The notes: a model not told the origin generated them from the letters alone. Counted from the first letter of the stretch, positions 14,695 to 28,304 are shown. The stretch is DNA of 64,000 nucleotides from Octopus vulgaris (GCA_951406725.2 OX597826.1:41664001-41728000); one strand, 5' to 3'. A program made the numbers and translations.

Positions 14695-15200
14695 TCTATC
14701 TTCAATATATATATATATCAAAATACACACACACGCACACACTCATATATATATAAATACACAGACACATGCACATATATATATATGTATGTATGTATTT
14801 GTATATATAAACATATATATGTATGAATACATATACACATATAGATACGTATACGTGTACATACATACATGCATACATATATACAAATTATTCTTTGTAA
14901 GCCTAGTACTTATTCCATCGGCTCCTTTTGCCGAATCGCTAGATTACGGGGACGTAAACACACTATCATCGGTTGTCAAGCGATAGTGTGGGGACTAATA
15001 TAGACACACAAATATATACAAATAATATAGACACACAAATATATACGTATATATATATATATCATATTTCAGCTGCTAAAGGGAGCGGTTTTCTTGGAGA
15101 AAAATTCCCTCATGGTCAAAAGGTGTAAAAATATGATATCTGTCCAATATATACTCAACAGATGAGATCCAAATTAAGTACAACAGTTTAGGCTTGATAA

Positions 15201-15335
<135 letters not shown>

Positions 15336-15498
15336 TCAAACTTTATAAAGCCGGGTCGACCCTGTTACGCACTGGGGTCGATGTAATCGACTCAGTCCCT
15401 TTTTTCTGTCCTTGTTTGTAACTTCTTCCTTTAGTCCCCTGTAGGCAATAAAAACAGATATACAATACATACATACATACATACGTACATACATACAT

Positions 15499-15549
<51 letters not shown>

Positions 15550-15654
15550 GTATGTATGTATGTATGTATGTATGTATGTATGTGTGTGTGTGTGTGTGTG
15601 TGTATGCATTCAAACAGAAAGAAAAAGACTGGAGTCTTTCAGACGATGAATATT

Positions 15655-15728
<74 letters not shown>

Positions 15729-15829
15729 CAGATCAAACTTACACATAGCATCCTCCCCTTCAATTTTCTCTGTCGTTTGTATTGTGTGTATGATTGCTCT
15801 ATTAATTTATAAACATCGTTGTATTTCGG

Positions 15830-16150
15830 GATTCTTTTATTCTTTCATTTGTTCCAGTCTTTTGACTGCGGTCATGGTGGAGCACCGCCTTTAGTCGAAC
15901 AAATTGACAACCAGGACTTATTCTTTGTAAGCTTGGTGCTTATTCTATCGGTGTCTTATGCCGAACAGCTATGTTACCGGGACGACGGTCTTCTTTCAGT
16001 TTCCGCCTACCAAATCCACTCACAAGCTTTGTTTGGTCAGCCTGTGGTTATAGTAGAACACATTTGCCCAAGGTGTCACGCAGTGGGACTGAACCCGGAG
16101 CCACGTGGTTGGTAAGCAAGCTACTTACCACACAGCCATTCTGCGTCTAT
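15830..16150 (-). mobile_element. SINE family B with internal deletion
   Basis: Head and tail both match family B. Confidence 0.8.
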
Positions 16151-16167
16151 TATTTTTTTCTTTTTGT

Positions 16168-16464
16168 CAAATAAACACACGCACTATATATGTTTTCTTC
16201 GCTCGTTTATTACTGTTCGTATTTTATTATTCTAACTCATGTCCAGTGTCCGGAAATTTTTCGTCACACGTCTGTGACCTCTTTAGTGACACTTTTCGTT
16301 TTCGTGTTTGTTCTTGCTCCACTTATTCCATTCTGTTCTTCTAAGGTGTCGCCGAAGAGGTCACAGATCTTTGATGAAAAATTTCCGGACAGGAGTTTCA
16401 ATAACAAAATAAAAAGAGTAATAAACGAGTGAAAAAATATATATATAGTGCGTGTGTTTATTTG
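16168..16464. mobile_element. Fold-back element with a hammerhead-like motif in each arm, family H2
   Basis: Inverted ends CAAATAAACACACGCACTATATAT; CYRAAGA-G-GTCACA..TGTGAC-GAAA-AATT-TC in both arms; relative at 61300-61534. Confidence 0.7.
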
Positions 16465-16634
16465 CTCACCCCACCAAAATGTCCATCCTGAAATACAACA
16501 GTATTGGTTTCAACACACGATTTCACATCAGGAACCGTGAAACACAAATTCATGACTGTATATAAATATCTATATATTTATATTTAAATATTCATCGTCT
16601 GAAAATCTTGTAATTACTTTCTTTCTGTCTGAAT

Positions 16635-16792
<158 letters not shown>

Positions 16793-16814
16793 TGTAGAAA
16801 GGACTTTTATTTAA

Positions 16815-17570
16815 GGCGGCGAGCTGGCAGAAACGTTAGCACGCCGGCCGAAATACGTAGCCGTATTTCGTCTGCCGCTATGTTCTGAGTTCAAATTCTG
16901 CCGAGGTCGACTTTGCCTTTCATCCTTTCGGGTCGATTAAATAAGTACCAGTTACGCACTGGGGTCGATATAATCGACTTAATCCGTTTCTCTGTCCTTG
17001 TTTGTCCTCTCTGTGTTGAGCCCCTTGTGGGTAGTAAAGAAATAGGTATTTCGTCTGTCTTTACGTTCTGAGTTCAAATTCCGCCGAGGTCGACTTTGCC
17101 TTTCATCCTTTCGGGGTCGATTAAATAAATACCGGTTACGCACTGGAGTCGATGTAATCGACTTAATCCGTTTGTCTGTCCTTGTTTGTCCCTTCCGTTT
17201 TTAGCCCCTTGTGGGTAGTAAAGAAATAGGTATTTCGCCCGTCGCTACGTTCTGAGTTCAAATTTCTCGTAGGTCGACTTTCCCTTTCATCCTTTTGGAG
17301 TCGATTATATAAGTACCAGTTATTCACTGGAGTCGATGTAGTCTACTATTTAATCCACCCCACCGCCCAAGCTGCCCTTGTGGTAAAAATTTGAAACCAT
17401 TATTATTATTATTATTTTTGAAATTCCGCCGAGGTCGATTTTGCCTTTCACCCTTTCGAGGTCGAGAGAAAAATTACTAGTTGAGCACTGGGCTCAATGT
17501 GATTGACTTATGTCCCCCACCCACTCATCCATATTGCTGGCCTTAATCCAAAATTTGAAACCATTATTAA
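16815..17570 (+). mobile_element. SINE family A (tRNA head + Meta-like domain), tandem array of ~4 units
   Basis: GGCGGCGAGCTGGCAGAAACGTTAG head, GAGTTCAAATTC B box, and GCCTTTCATCCTTTCGGGGTCGAT core repeated about every 185 bp. Confidence 0.9.
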
Positions 17571-18334
17571 AATCAAGTTTACTCGTTTCGAAATCAGCCT
17601 GACGTTGAAAGCTAATGATTTCTTTACTCGTAATTTGTTGCTTTAAAAACACTTATTCACTCTCTCACAATCATAATATTCGAGGTAATTGTCAATTAAC
17701 ACTTGTGTATGTGTGTGTGTATGCGTTTGTGTGTGTGTATGTGTGTGTTATCTTCGCTTTACCTTTATTTGTGTTGTAGTAGTTCATTATACGTTGTTTG
17801 CTTGTAGAAAATAAGAAACAAAAATATGCAAAACTTTGAATTATACAGTGTTGAAGGCGAGAAAGACGGGGAGAGCGTGAGAGAGTGGAGAGGGAATAAG
17901 GGAGGTAAAAGGAGAAGGAGGGAATAAGAGTGGAGAGGGAATAAGTGAAGTAAAAGGAGAAGGAGGGAATAAGAGTGGGAGGAGAAGGAAGTCCAAATTT
18001 ACTATGAGTATATTTTTTCTAGGTGCAGTGTGCATAAAGTATTAAAATATTGAGTTACGACTTAGTTTCTGAGTTCAAATCCCGCTGGAGTCAAGTATAT
18101 TTTTATCTTCACTGTGATTAATAAAGTAAAGTACCAGCCACCTACTTATGTCTAGTTAACTGAATAATTCCCTCCAGTTTAGTTTCAGGCCATTTGCCTG
18201 TGTTAGGAGCAATTATATTGCGGTGGTGGATCGGTAGAGTCGTTAGAGCGTTGTATAAAATGTTTTGGCTCTCAGAGTTCAAATCCTATTGAGATCAACC
18301 TTGCCCCTCATTCCATCAACCCCTACGTAATTTC

Positions 18335-18563
18335 TTATTTCTTTATTGCCCATAAGGGGCTAAACATAGAGGGGACACACAAGGACAGACAAAGAGGTTA
18401 AGTCGATTGCATCGACTCCAGTGCGTAAATGGTACTTAATTTATCGACCCCGAATGGATGAAAGGCAAAGTCGGCCTCGGCGGAATTTGAACTCAGAACG
18501 TAAAGACAGACGAAATATTGCTAAGCATTTTGCCCAGCGTGCTAACGTTTCTGCCAGCTCACC
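18335..18563 (-). mobile_element. SINE family A
   Basis: Reverse complement of the 16815 unit. Confidence 0.88.
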
Positions 18564-19249
18564 ATATACATAATTTCTGTCCTGTACCTATATCAGAAAA
18601 CATAGATAAGGCAAATCTATTTGCTACTGAGTTAAAATTGAGGTGAACATTGCTTTTTAACTGTCTGGGATCCATGAAAGAAAGTACCAGTCATATACCA
18701 CTGTCATTTGAATCTAACGATCCAACCTTACCCTTCCTCCCAAATTTCTCGGCCTTGTGCTTATATGTCAACTTTATTTTTTGGTCTTAATACTAAAGAA
18801 AAAGACGTATCTTAAAATGGCTTTTGCTCGAATTTTACTTTCTCCAGCACACCTTAGATTTGTTTTGGTGGTACTGCCGTTTAGCTTAAGGTCCGCCCTG
18901 AAAGGGCACGTATTATGAGAGGGATTCCATTTGTGACCATCTTGCGTTTTTCCTTTATACAGTGGGGGGTCAGGACTAGATTTAGACTGTTCAGCCGTGT
19001 TCTTATTTCAGAGAATGGGGTTTAATTTTGAAATGATCTGACTTCTATTTCAAGCAGGTAGGGTTTCTTTCGTTGATTAGAGACATGTCACCCAACATTG
19101 AGCAAACCCATGACTATACTGCTTAATATGTCCGTCTCATTTATAAGGAGATGACGTGTGGCTTGAAAGATATTGCTGCTATTTCGAGGGAATATGTTGA
19201 CTAACTCTGCTGTTTATCAAATTTTCGTATTATTATATTGATATGCATA

Positions 19250-20515
19250 CAGGGGTTGGAGAAAATAATGGAAATATCTAGCATCATAGCATCATAATTT
19301 TAAAATATCTATAAAACAGTCAAAAGCTTGTTGACTTTTATGTTTTTTGGTTAATTATTAGTGTTGCTTAATATGTTTTGCTAAAATTACTGGGGTTTTT
19401 TTCTAGATACCATCAGAAAAAGGTAATTAAAATTCATTAAAATGACAGATCTATCGGACTTTCAAAGAGGTCAAATTGTTGGTGTTCGTATGGCATGCGC
19501 TAGCATAACGAAAACAGCTGAAATGTCTGGTGTATCGTGAGGTACTGTCTCGAAAGTAATGACAGCATTTGAGATAGAGGGAAAAACCTCCTCGTCGAAA
19601 CAAAACTCCGGAAGAAAACCAAAACTTTCAGATAGGGACCGTCGGACTCTTACGGAATTGTTAGAAAGGATCACAAAAGTAGAGCTCCCAAAATTACTGT
19701 ACCACCACGAGAACCCAGTTTCCACAAAAACTTCGCCGGGAGCTGCATAAAGCTGGATTTTCCAGGAGGGCTGCAATCAAGAAACCACTACTTTAAAAAA
19801 AAAACGTTGTAAAGCGTTTGGAGTGGAGTAAAAACCTACAGAATAGGTCCCTAGAGCAGTGGAAGAATGTAATTTTCTCGGACGAATCATCCTTTACTTT
19901 ATTTCCGACCACCGGCCGAGTATAAGTGTGGAGAAAGCCAAAAGAAGCATTTGATCCATACTGCCTTCTTCCAACTGTTAAACATGGTGGAGGATCTGTG
20001 ATGATCTGGGGTGGGGGCTATATCTTGGAAATCCTCCGGCCCAATGGTTTTCCTTCATGGCAGAATGAATAGTCAAGACTATTTAAGCATTTTATCTGAT
20101 CAAATTCATCCTATGGTTGCGGAACTATTTCCGGAGGGAAACGCATTCTTTCAGGATGATAATGCACTAATTCATACAGTTAAAGGTGTTACTGAATGGC
20201 ACGAGGAACATTCTAGTGAAGATGAACATCTTATCTGGCCACCCCAGTCCCTAGATCTCAATATCATTGAACATTTATGGTGCATTTTAGCAAAACAAGT
20301 AAGGAGTCGATATCCTCCATCATCATCACTACAAGAACTGGAGACTGTTTTAGCTGAAGAATGGACAAAAATTCCTTTTGAAACAATTCAAACTTTGTAC
20401 GAGTCCATACCACGTAGAATTCAACCTGAAATTACTGCCAAAGGTGGTCCTACTCCATATTAAAATAAATTGGTTCAAAATTTTAAGGTATTTCTATTAT
20501 TTTGTCCAACCCCTG
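19250..20515 (+). mobile_element. Full-length Tc1-like DNA transposon, DD36E (Incomer-like), decayed
   Basis: ~30 bp TIRs CAGGGGTTGGAGAAAATAATGGAAATATCT (19250) and CAGGGGTTGGACAAAATAATAGAAATACCT (reverse complement, ending 20515). TA dinucleotides flank both ends (19248-49, 20516-17). Length is 1266 bp. Confidence 0.95.
19442..20463 (+). pseudogene. Tc1 transposase pseudogene (HTH + DD36E)
   Basis: N-terminus MTDLSDFQRGQIVG; GRKPKL linker; FSDES (D at 19881); FQDDNA (D at 20158); WPPQSLDLNIIEHLW (E at 20269); C-terminus AKGGPTPY*. There is an in-frame stop at 19538 plus frameshifts. Confidence 0.92.
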
Positions 20516-20544
20516 TATATCTTCAGAAACAAGGTTAATCGCAG

Positions 20545-20576
<32 letters not shown>

Positions 20577-20653
20577 CATACATACATACATACATGTATG
20601 TATGTATATGTACATATATCATATCTATCTATATATATATATATATACACACA

Positions 20654-20695
<42 letters not shown>

Positions 20696-21182
20696 TATAC
20701 ATACATATATAAATATATATATGTATATATATATATATAAGTATATATATGTAAGTACGTACAGACATACGCACGTATACATGCACACGTACACACACAC
20801 ATACTGAGGCTGCACCAGACAATGAAAAACCTTGTCAATGGAAGTTTTATTATTTTATACGGAGTCATTAGTCTCAGCTTTATTAAGTTGAGGAATTGAT
20901 TGGTAGAGGTTCACACTCTGGACGACTACTGCAGTATTCGCCGTTCTAAAGACATCTTCATATTGACTAGAATATAAATATTACCATTTGGCATTAATAC
21001 TGCTTCCGTCCCTAATATATACACATATAGTTAGCGTCTTATTCTCAGCATTTGGATAGAAAATTTATTTCTAAGCCTTTGTTATAATTATACATATAAT
21101 TTTCACCTATAATCGGTTTCATTTTATATGCTGACCACTGATAAAATTAAAAACAGTTTTATCCTCTATTATTGTAATTATG

Positions 21183-21272
<90 letters not shown>

Positions 21273-21382
21273 AATCCACATACCCCACTATATATTTATA
21301 TATATATATATGCATTCATATGTGCATGTACGCATTTATATGTGTATATATATTCCCCAAAACACACAAACACACACACATA

Positions 21383-21454
<72 letters not shown>

Positions 21455-22467
21455 TGTGTGTGTGTGTTTATGTATTTATACATGTGTATATATGGATAGC
21501 TGTGTACGCAAGTACATATTTAAACTATGCAATTAAACTTCCTGTGAGGAACTTTTAGTTTAATTACATATCCGTATTTCTCCACATGCCTTGGATAATA
21601 TTTTTGAGCAATTTTTTTTATGCTTCAACATGCTCTCTTGACAAGTAAAAAATTGTAGACTGGCAGAGTCGTTAGAGTGCTGAACAAAATGCCGTAAGGC
21701 ATTTCGTCTGGCTGCTTGCGATCTGAGTTCAGTTCTTGCTGAGGTCATCTTTGCAACTTCATCTCTGTATGGTCAATAAAATATAGGTAAATCCAGTACT
21801 GGAAACGGCGTAATCAACTAATTAAATTTATAATCTTTTTACCTATATTAGAAATAATTAATATTTCATTGTTGACTTGTTTAGATGGGTTTTGTTGGCG
21901 ATTCTCGAGACGAAGTATTTTTTACCTCCTATAACAGCAAGGAATTTTGTTTTAACTTATTCAGACACAAACGGCTTCGAATAGTTTGGAAGCTGTATCT
22001 ATTCTTTAGCATTTTATATGTTTTTGTTTCGTTAAAACATTCTGTAAACATTGGTGTGTCTTACTACAAAAGGGAACACCCTGAAAAAAAAAATGAATGA
22101 AAATAATTATTTTATTGTCACAGCAAAACACACAGGAACATATTGCCCTAATAGAAAAAAAAACAAAGAAAATGATTTTATTAGCAGTAACAGCGGTACA
22201 CGCTCGTACACACGCATACACACACTCACACATGCACCTGCACACACAAACGTATACATACATTCACGCAAGCGTACGCTCATACACGCACACGTACTTA
22301 CATGTACACGCTCTTTACATAGTCACACATTCGCACATTCGTGCGCACATAAGTTCATGCACACACTCACATATACATACACAAACACACACTTCCATGC
22401 ATACACTTTAACACGTGAAAAACGCTGTTGTTTCCGAAAGTTCTTACTTTTCCTCGTACTCTGGCAG

Positions 22468-22636
22468 AGCAGGAGAGCGCGATACCAGCATGGACCAGAA
22501 TCATAATTCCGTTGGAAGATACCTCGTTCCTCAGTCCCGGAGATCAACGTACAAGCATCCCGTCTCCCTAACGCAACTAGCAACGACTTGGCGCAACTCT
22601 ACAACGGCACAAATTGTGCCATTGAGACATGAATGT
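22468..22636 (+). CDS. Candidate exon of an unknown gene
   Basis: Pyrimidine tract plus CAG acceptor; open frame RAGERDTSMDQNHNSVGRYLVPQ...PLRHEC; GTAAGT donor at 22637; GC-richer non-repetitive sequence. Confidence 0.3.
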
Positions 22637-22974
22637 GTAAGTGACCAATGACAATTAGCTGGGTGAACACGAACCGCTGATCTCTCGGTGGCAAGCTGTC
22701 CTCTGATTCGTATTTTAGTAAATTTAATGGTGACGAAGCAGTAGAGTCGTTAGAACGGCTTACAGTATTTGTTTTAGGTCTTTGCGCACATCTGTCCATC
22801 GAGTTTACTGGTGTGTTTGGATAGTTGTTGTGTCATATTAGATTAGAAGTGGTTTCTAATTCCTCACTCAATTCTCCTCAAATTTCTTGCAAGAAACGGA
22901 CATTGTGGCTTGTCTCACTCCATCTCCCCACTGCACTCCATAACCAATTCTAAAATGGAAAGACGGGGAGAAAG

Positions 22975-23019
<45 letters not shown>

Positions 23020-23395
23020 TGAGAGACAGAGAGTGAGAGACAGAGAGTGAGAGACAGAGACAAAAAGTGAGAGAAGGATAGAGAAAGAAAGAGCGAGGGG
23101 ATTAATAATTGGCCCGTAGACTAAAAGTTTAACTTAACCTTGGTGCGATTCGAACTCGATATGCAAAGAACCGGAACAATTACCGCAAAACAAGTATACA
23201 AAACAATACAAAGAAAGGGGTTGTGTGCATGCATGCGTGTCAGCGTATCTACAGTGGCGGAGCTTGTTTAAAATTCATCTAATCATTTCATGTGAAAGTT
23301 TTGATAATTAACCATGAAGGAAACGTGTGATTGTCGTCGGTTGAGGTGGATCGCAGGCAAATGACATACGTCTCCATTGCATTCATTTTTTTCAG

Positions 23396-23534
23396 CCCAT
23401 CACGCCCAGTCGATGTTGTGGCAAGTGTGCAAGAGGACCCGCCCCTCTACACAGATGTACGAAACAGCTGTGACGTTAAGTTCTGGAGCCGGCAGATCAG
23501 GGATGCCACAATGTTGGGGACTGAGAGCTTGTAA
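23396..23534 (+). CDS. Candidate downstream/terminal exon
   Basis: TTTTTTTCAG acceptor ending 23395 followed by GC-richer unique sequence; reading frame uncertain. Confidence 0.25.
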
Positions 23535-23765
23535 TAATGACAGTAGTCGTAGTTGTTGTTGTTGTTGTTGTTTTTGTTGTTGTTACCGTCGTTGCTGTTG
23601 TTGTAACGGCAGTAATTGTCGGTTGCGGGTGGTAATTTTTAGAGTAAATGTAGTTGCGATGGTGGAGTTTAGGGTGAGACAGCGGTGATGATTATAGTTC
23701 ATGTTATAGTTCATATAGTTCATATAGTTCATATGTTGGAAATGATGACAATAATGATGATCATT

Positions 23766-23810
<45 letters not shown>

Positions 23811-23929
23811 ATGAGGAGGAGGAGGAGGAGGAGGAGGAGGAGGTGGTGGTGAAGGAGCAGGAGGAGAAGTTAGTGGTGAATTTCTTTTACTTGCCATGGA
23901 GTGACGAGCATACGAGACTTTAGAAAGAC

Positions 23930-24500
23930 AAATTACACCCCATGTTCTACATAAATTATGAGGAAGCAAAAAAAGTGAGATAAAAAAAAACATATACAAA
24001 TACCTGGCTACAAGAACGATACTCTTCTCTTGATACAAGAGGCCCTGCAACTCGGGTCAGTCATGGAACCCTATAGATACAAAATCACGCTGGTAACCAA
24101 AGGCAAATAACCTCTCTTCAGCATTGTTTATCAATTTGCATTCATTACTTAGAATAACTCCAGCTACTCTAACGAATTTAGCTACAGTCATCCTTTTGAC
24201 AAATTTTCTAGAGGAGGCCACTTCCACCTTCCCTTCATTTATCTTTAAAAGTGAAACTTGAAGAAATAAAAGAAAATTGAAAATGACTGGCCACACAACT
24301 TCTTTCGCCACAGCCACCAGAAATTGAAAGACTGCCTGTCATGCTCAGTTAAAAGAAGGCGACCTGGTCGACCTCACGATGGACTCAGTCGATTTCTGGA
24401 TTCAGCCTACACCCATATTTAGATAGTCATAAACCCCTCAAGTCAGCAATACCCAGGCATCGAAAGAATGGTTCCATCGGGCCAGGTCGCCGGCTTGATG
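23930..24500 (-). mobile_element. Possible Tx1/L1-clade LINE C-terminal remnant
   Basis: LVAVAKEVVW...FVKR..VAKFVR segment resembling L1/Tx1 ORF2 C-termini; heavily decayed. Confidence 0.4.
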
Positions 24501-24572
24501 GTACTTTCCTTCCTCGCTCTGAACTAACTCGAAGACCTTACTAAGTGATGATAATTAAAAGAGACGATAAGA

Positions 24573-24755
24573 CTGCGAGCTGGTAGAATCGTTAGCATGT
24601 CGGGCTTACGTTCAGAGTTCAAATTCTGCCGAGGTTGTCTTTGCCTTTCATTCTTCGGGGTCGATAAAATAAGTACTAGCTGAGCACTGGGGTCGTTGTA
24701 CTCAACTTACCTCGGCCCCGAAATTGCTGGCCTTGTGCCAAAATTCGAAACCAAT
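24573..24755 (+). mobile_element. SINE family A, diverged
   Basis: GCGAGCTGGTAGAATCGTTAGC head and Meta-like core. Confidence 0.75.
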
Positions 24756-25323
24756 GATTAAAAGACACAAAACGAATTCATAAATGAACAACATAGATGA
24801 AAGGTTCCCGTACCAGATACGAAAACTAGGAAAAGTTCTGTAGATTTGATATTATAGAAGCTTGTAACTGGTCAGTGAGAAAGAGACGGAGGACAAGAAG
24901 TTAAAGAAAGCTATGGCTTGCAGCTGTTGCCAACAGTTTTGAGGGTGGTAGGTCAGTAATTGCATGGTTGAGAGAGATGCAGGAATTGTTTGGGAGGCGG
25001 AAGAGAAATGCACGTGAGTTTCTTGACAAGAATGTCAGGGGGGAAACATCCAGGGATGTGTTCTGCTTGAAAAACAAAGAATAAAGTGGGCGCTAACATA
25101 AGTAATATAGCGATCCAATATATTGCAATCAAAATCAAAGTCCTAGTAATGAGAGAAAAAAATTATTATTTAAATGACCAATACTGGTGAAAAAGACAAG
25201 GGAAACAAAATGCCGGAATTTAGATTTACTAAAATTTATTAAACAGAATATATTAGTATAGAACTCCATAAAAATGTTATAAGCTTTTGTTGTTGTTCCA
25301 ACCGCTGCTACTGATGATGATGG

Positions 25324-25355
<32 letters not shown>

Positions 25356-25363
25356 GTGATGAC

Positions 25364-25397
<34 letters not shown>

Positions 25398-27043
25398 GAT
25401 GCATAAAAATGATTATTTCTGCTATCATTTTCTCATCGTCTGTTGTTGCTGCTTTCGTTGGCTGATGGCGTTGTGTTATTGCTGCTGTTGTTGTTTTTGT
25501 TGCTTTGTTGATATCGTTGTTGCTGTTGTTGCTGTTTCTCCACTCGTAGCAATGGCTACAGAACACTATCGAGTGTTGTCTGTCATTGTCTTACATCAAC
25601 AGTAATTAGAAATGCACTGACGGTATATAGTGTCTACGCTGACAGTTGTTACTTCTACAGTTGCCACTGTTCCACCTTCAACATGTATTATTGTAATTGC
25701 AGTTGTATACAAACACATAAACACAAATATACACTTGCGTTTAAGGTTTAACTATTGATGCTGACTCTAAATTTTTATGGAAGGAGATCAAAATAGTGAG
25801 GCTAAATAAAAGACTACATTTACATAATAAAATTAAATATGTTTTGGAAATAAATTTTTCATTAAGGAGAAGACAAGATGATTACAATATAAACTGCTAC
25901 TCTACGGTATATGATGAAATGGTATAGCCATATATATATATCGAAATTATTTCTCATATATCTACTTTTGGACAAGAAATGTTCAAGTGACTAAACTGAA
26001 GGAAACGTGTGATAATGATAGCAAGACAACGAACAACTTAACCATCCTGAGATCAGTGTGTTACGGTTTAACTATATTTCACGGATGAGACTAAACAAGA
26101 GTGAAATATACCTTGTCTTTACAAACAGAAAAGTAGTGATTATTTTTGGTAGAAAATACTAATATCGAAGTAGACATTTATACTGAAATGGTAAACAAGA
26201 GCAAATGATCTAATTCTCTTCCTTTCGTTCTTTATCTCTTTCTATCCTGCCACATTTTTCCAAACAAAATATTGAAAATATTGTAAATGGATGGACTTTA
26301 TTAGTAAATGGCCGGTAGCAATGGTGGCAAAGGGGTGAGTAGTTCCACTGACTGAAGAATTTGTCCAAGAATATTCTAGAAGAATTTTGAAATACCTTTG
26401 CCTTGCTAAAAAAAAGTGGAAGAACACTATGTGCCGTCAAAGAGAAATTTAAAGAAGTAAAGTTCTAGTTGGCTTATGGGAGATTATTCTGTCCATCTAC
26501 CGGTAACGGCTTATGGAAGTGCTCACCTGGTCTCGAAGATGGAGGGTGAAGCCAGGCAATAAACAGATATTGTACATCACACATATCTGCTAATACATAG
26601 AGCAGCAAAATGCAAGTGTCACAATCAGGGAGAGTGACGATGATAATGTGTAATGATTGAATATCACATTTATTACGAAATATGAGTATGGAACGGGTGC
26701 AAAGTCGGGCGTACTTTCATAGTGTATCATGGGTTGGGAATGGATGCGGAGGCGCCGAGGTAATTAAATATCAGATGTGAACGAGATGAGTCACTATGGA
26801 CTTCTCAGTCATAAGTACAGATCCAGCTTTGGCCTTTGCTTCGTTGTGAGTGCAGAGTCACAAACAGTGAGACAGGAGGTGCATGACAAAAATCCCAGAT
26901 GTTTAACTTCATAATTAAGATCCAAGCATTTTATTCCTTGACAAAATAAAAATACAATGAAAGGGCGGCCAGCGGTTGCAGCAGCAGCTGTGTAATAAGA
27001 CCGGACCTTTCAATAATAGGCGTAATCCATCCAATGGGCTTCT

Positions 27044-27425
27044 CATCATCATCATTGTTCGACCGTGGTCGAGACAATGGAATTTACCATGCTACGCCAG
27101 ACTTCACGGTCCATCATGGCATTACGGAGATCCTGTTGCTGGATGCCAGTATCCCTGGAGATTACATCAGGGTAGGAGTACGTGCGCCCTCTGGTATTGC
27201 GAGTAGATGGCTTCCAGAGGAGAAGAGTAGAAATTACTTCTTTTTCAGCTCTACAACAATGTCCAGCAAACTGGACTCTCCTACCTTTCACAAGAGATGA
27301 CACAGGTGGTAGTTTCCCATATATTTGCATTTTGGTTGGATGGCGCTTCCACGAGAGATTTTGAGCTCTCATAAGGAGGCGAGTGTAGGTTCCATCCAAC
27401 CGCCTCTCAAGCTTCTTTGATAACG
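27044..27425 (-). mobile_element. 5'-truncated RTE-clade LINE (RT C-terminus) with TSD
   Basis: Open frame WTLSKKLERRLDGTYTRLLMRAQNLSWKRH...RRVQFAGHCCR...AMMDREVWR, with a (TGA)n tail. 14 bp TSD TCCAATGGGCTTCT at 27030-27043 and 27426-27439. Confidence 0.88.
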
Positions 27426-27794
27426 TCCAATGGGCTTCTACCACGTTTCCATTCATTCAGTTTCACTCACAGGGTTTGGGCCGTATCGAAGCTATGGTAA
27501 AAAGGCACCTAGCCAAGATCCCACGCAGTGGAATCGAATCAATAGGACTGCAAAACGTTTGTTTTCTTTTTTAGCTATTCGGTCATACTATGCCCTTACG
27601 GGTTAAACAGTCTATGGTTAGAAATAACTGACCTCCCAGCAGTTATTTCTGACAAAGACCGATAGAATAAGTGCCAGACTTAAAAGAAAAGAAGTACCTG
27701 AGTCCATGCATTTTACTAAAAATTCCAAAATTCTTCAATCTAATGATTGAAACAAGTAAACTGATAAAAAATAAATACACACACACACACACAC

Positions 27795-27861
<67 letters not shown>

Positions 27862-28304
27862 TTGTGTAGAGAGATATGCAAGTATATACACAAATACATC
27901 TATGTGTATATATATGTATGTGTATATAATGTCATACACCTCCTGTCTCATTGCTTGTGACTCTGCACTCACGACGAAGCAAAGACCCATGTGTATATTA
28001 TTTATATATTATATACATATATGTATGCATATATATTTTATACGTACCCTAGAAGAAGTAATTTTATACCTCCTTCTTAAATCTGTTGAACGCTTTATAA
28101 TGTTGATATATATTCATAATCATTCTCACTGTGATATTCACTATATTTCATATATTTCGAGCCAATTCGCATTTTCTGTTGCGTTTCGTTTCTGTAATAA
28201 AAGCGTTTAAAAATAACGCTGCAAATAAGTATAGTATATGATATATTGGTATAGTATATGATAAAATAACGCTGCAAATAGTATAGTATATGATATATTG
28301 GTAT

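Noticed and set aside
17883-17979. 45 bp purine-rich tandem duplication
   Set aside because: Ordinary slippage in low-complexity DNA.
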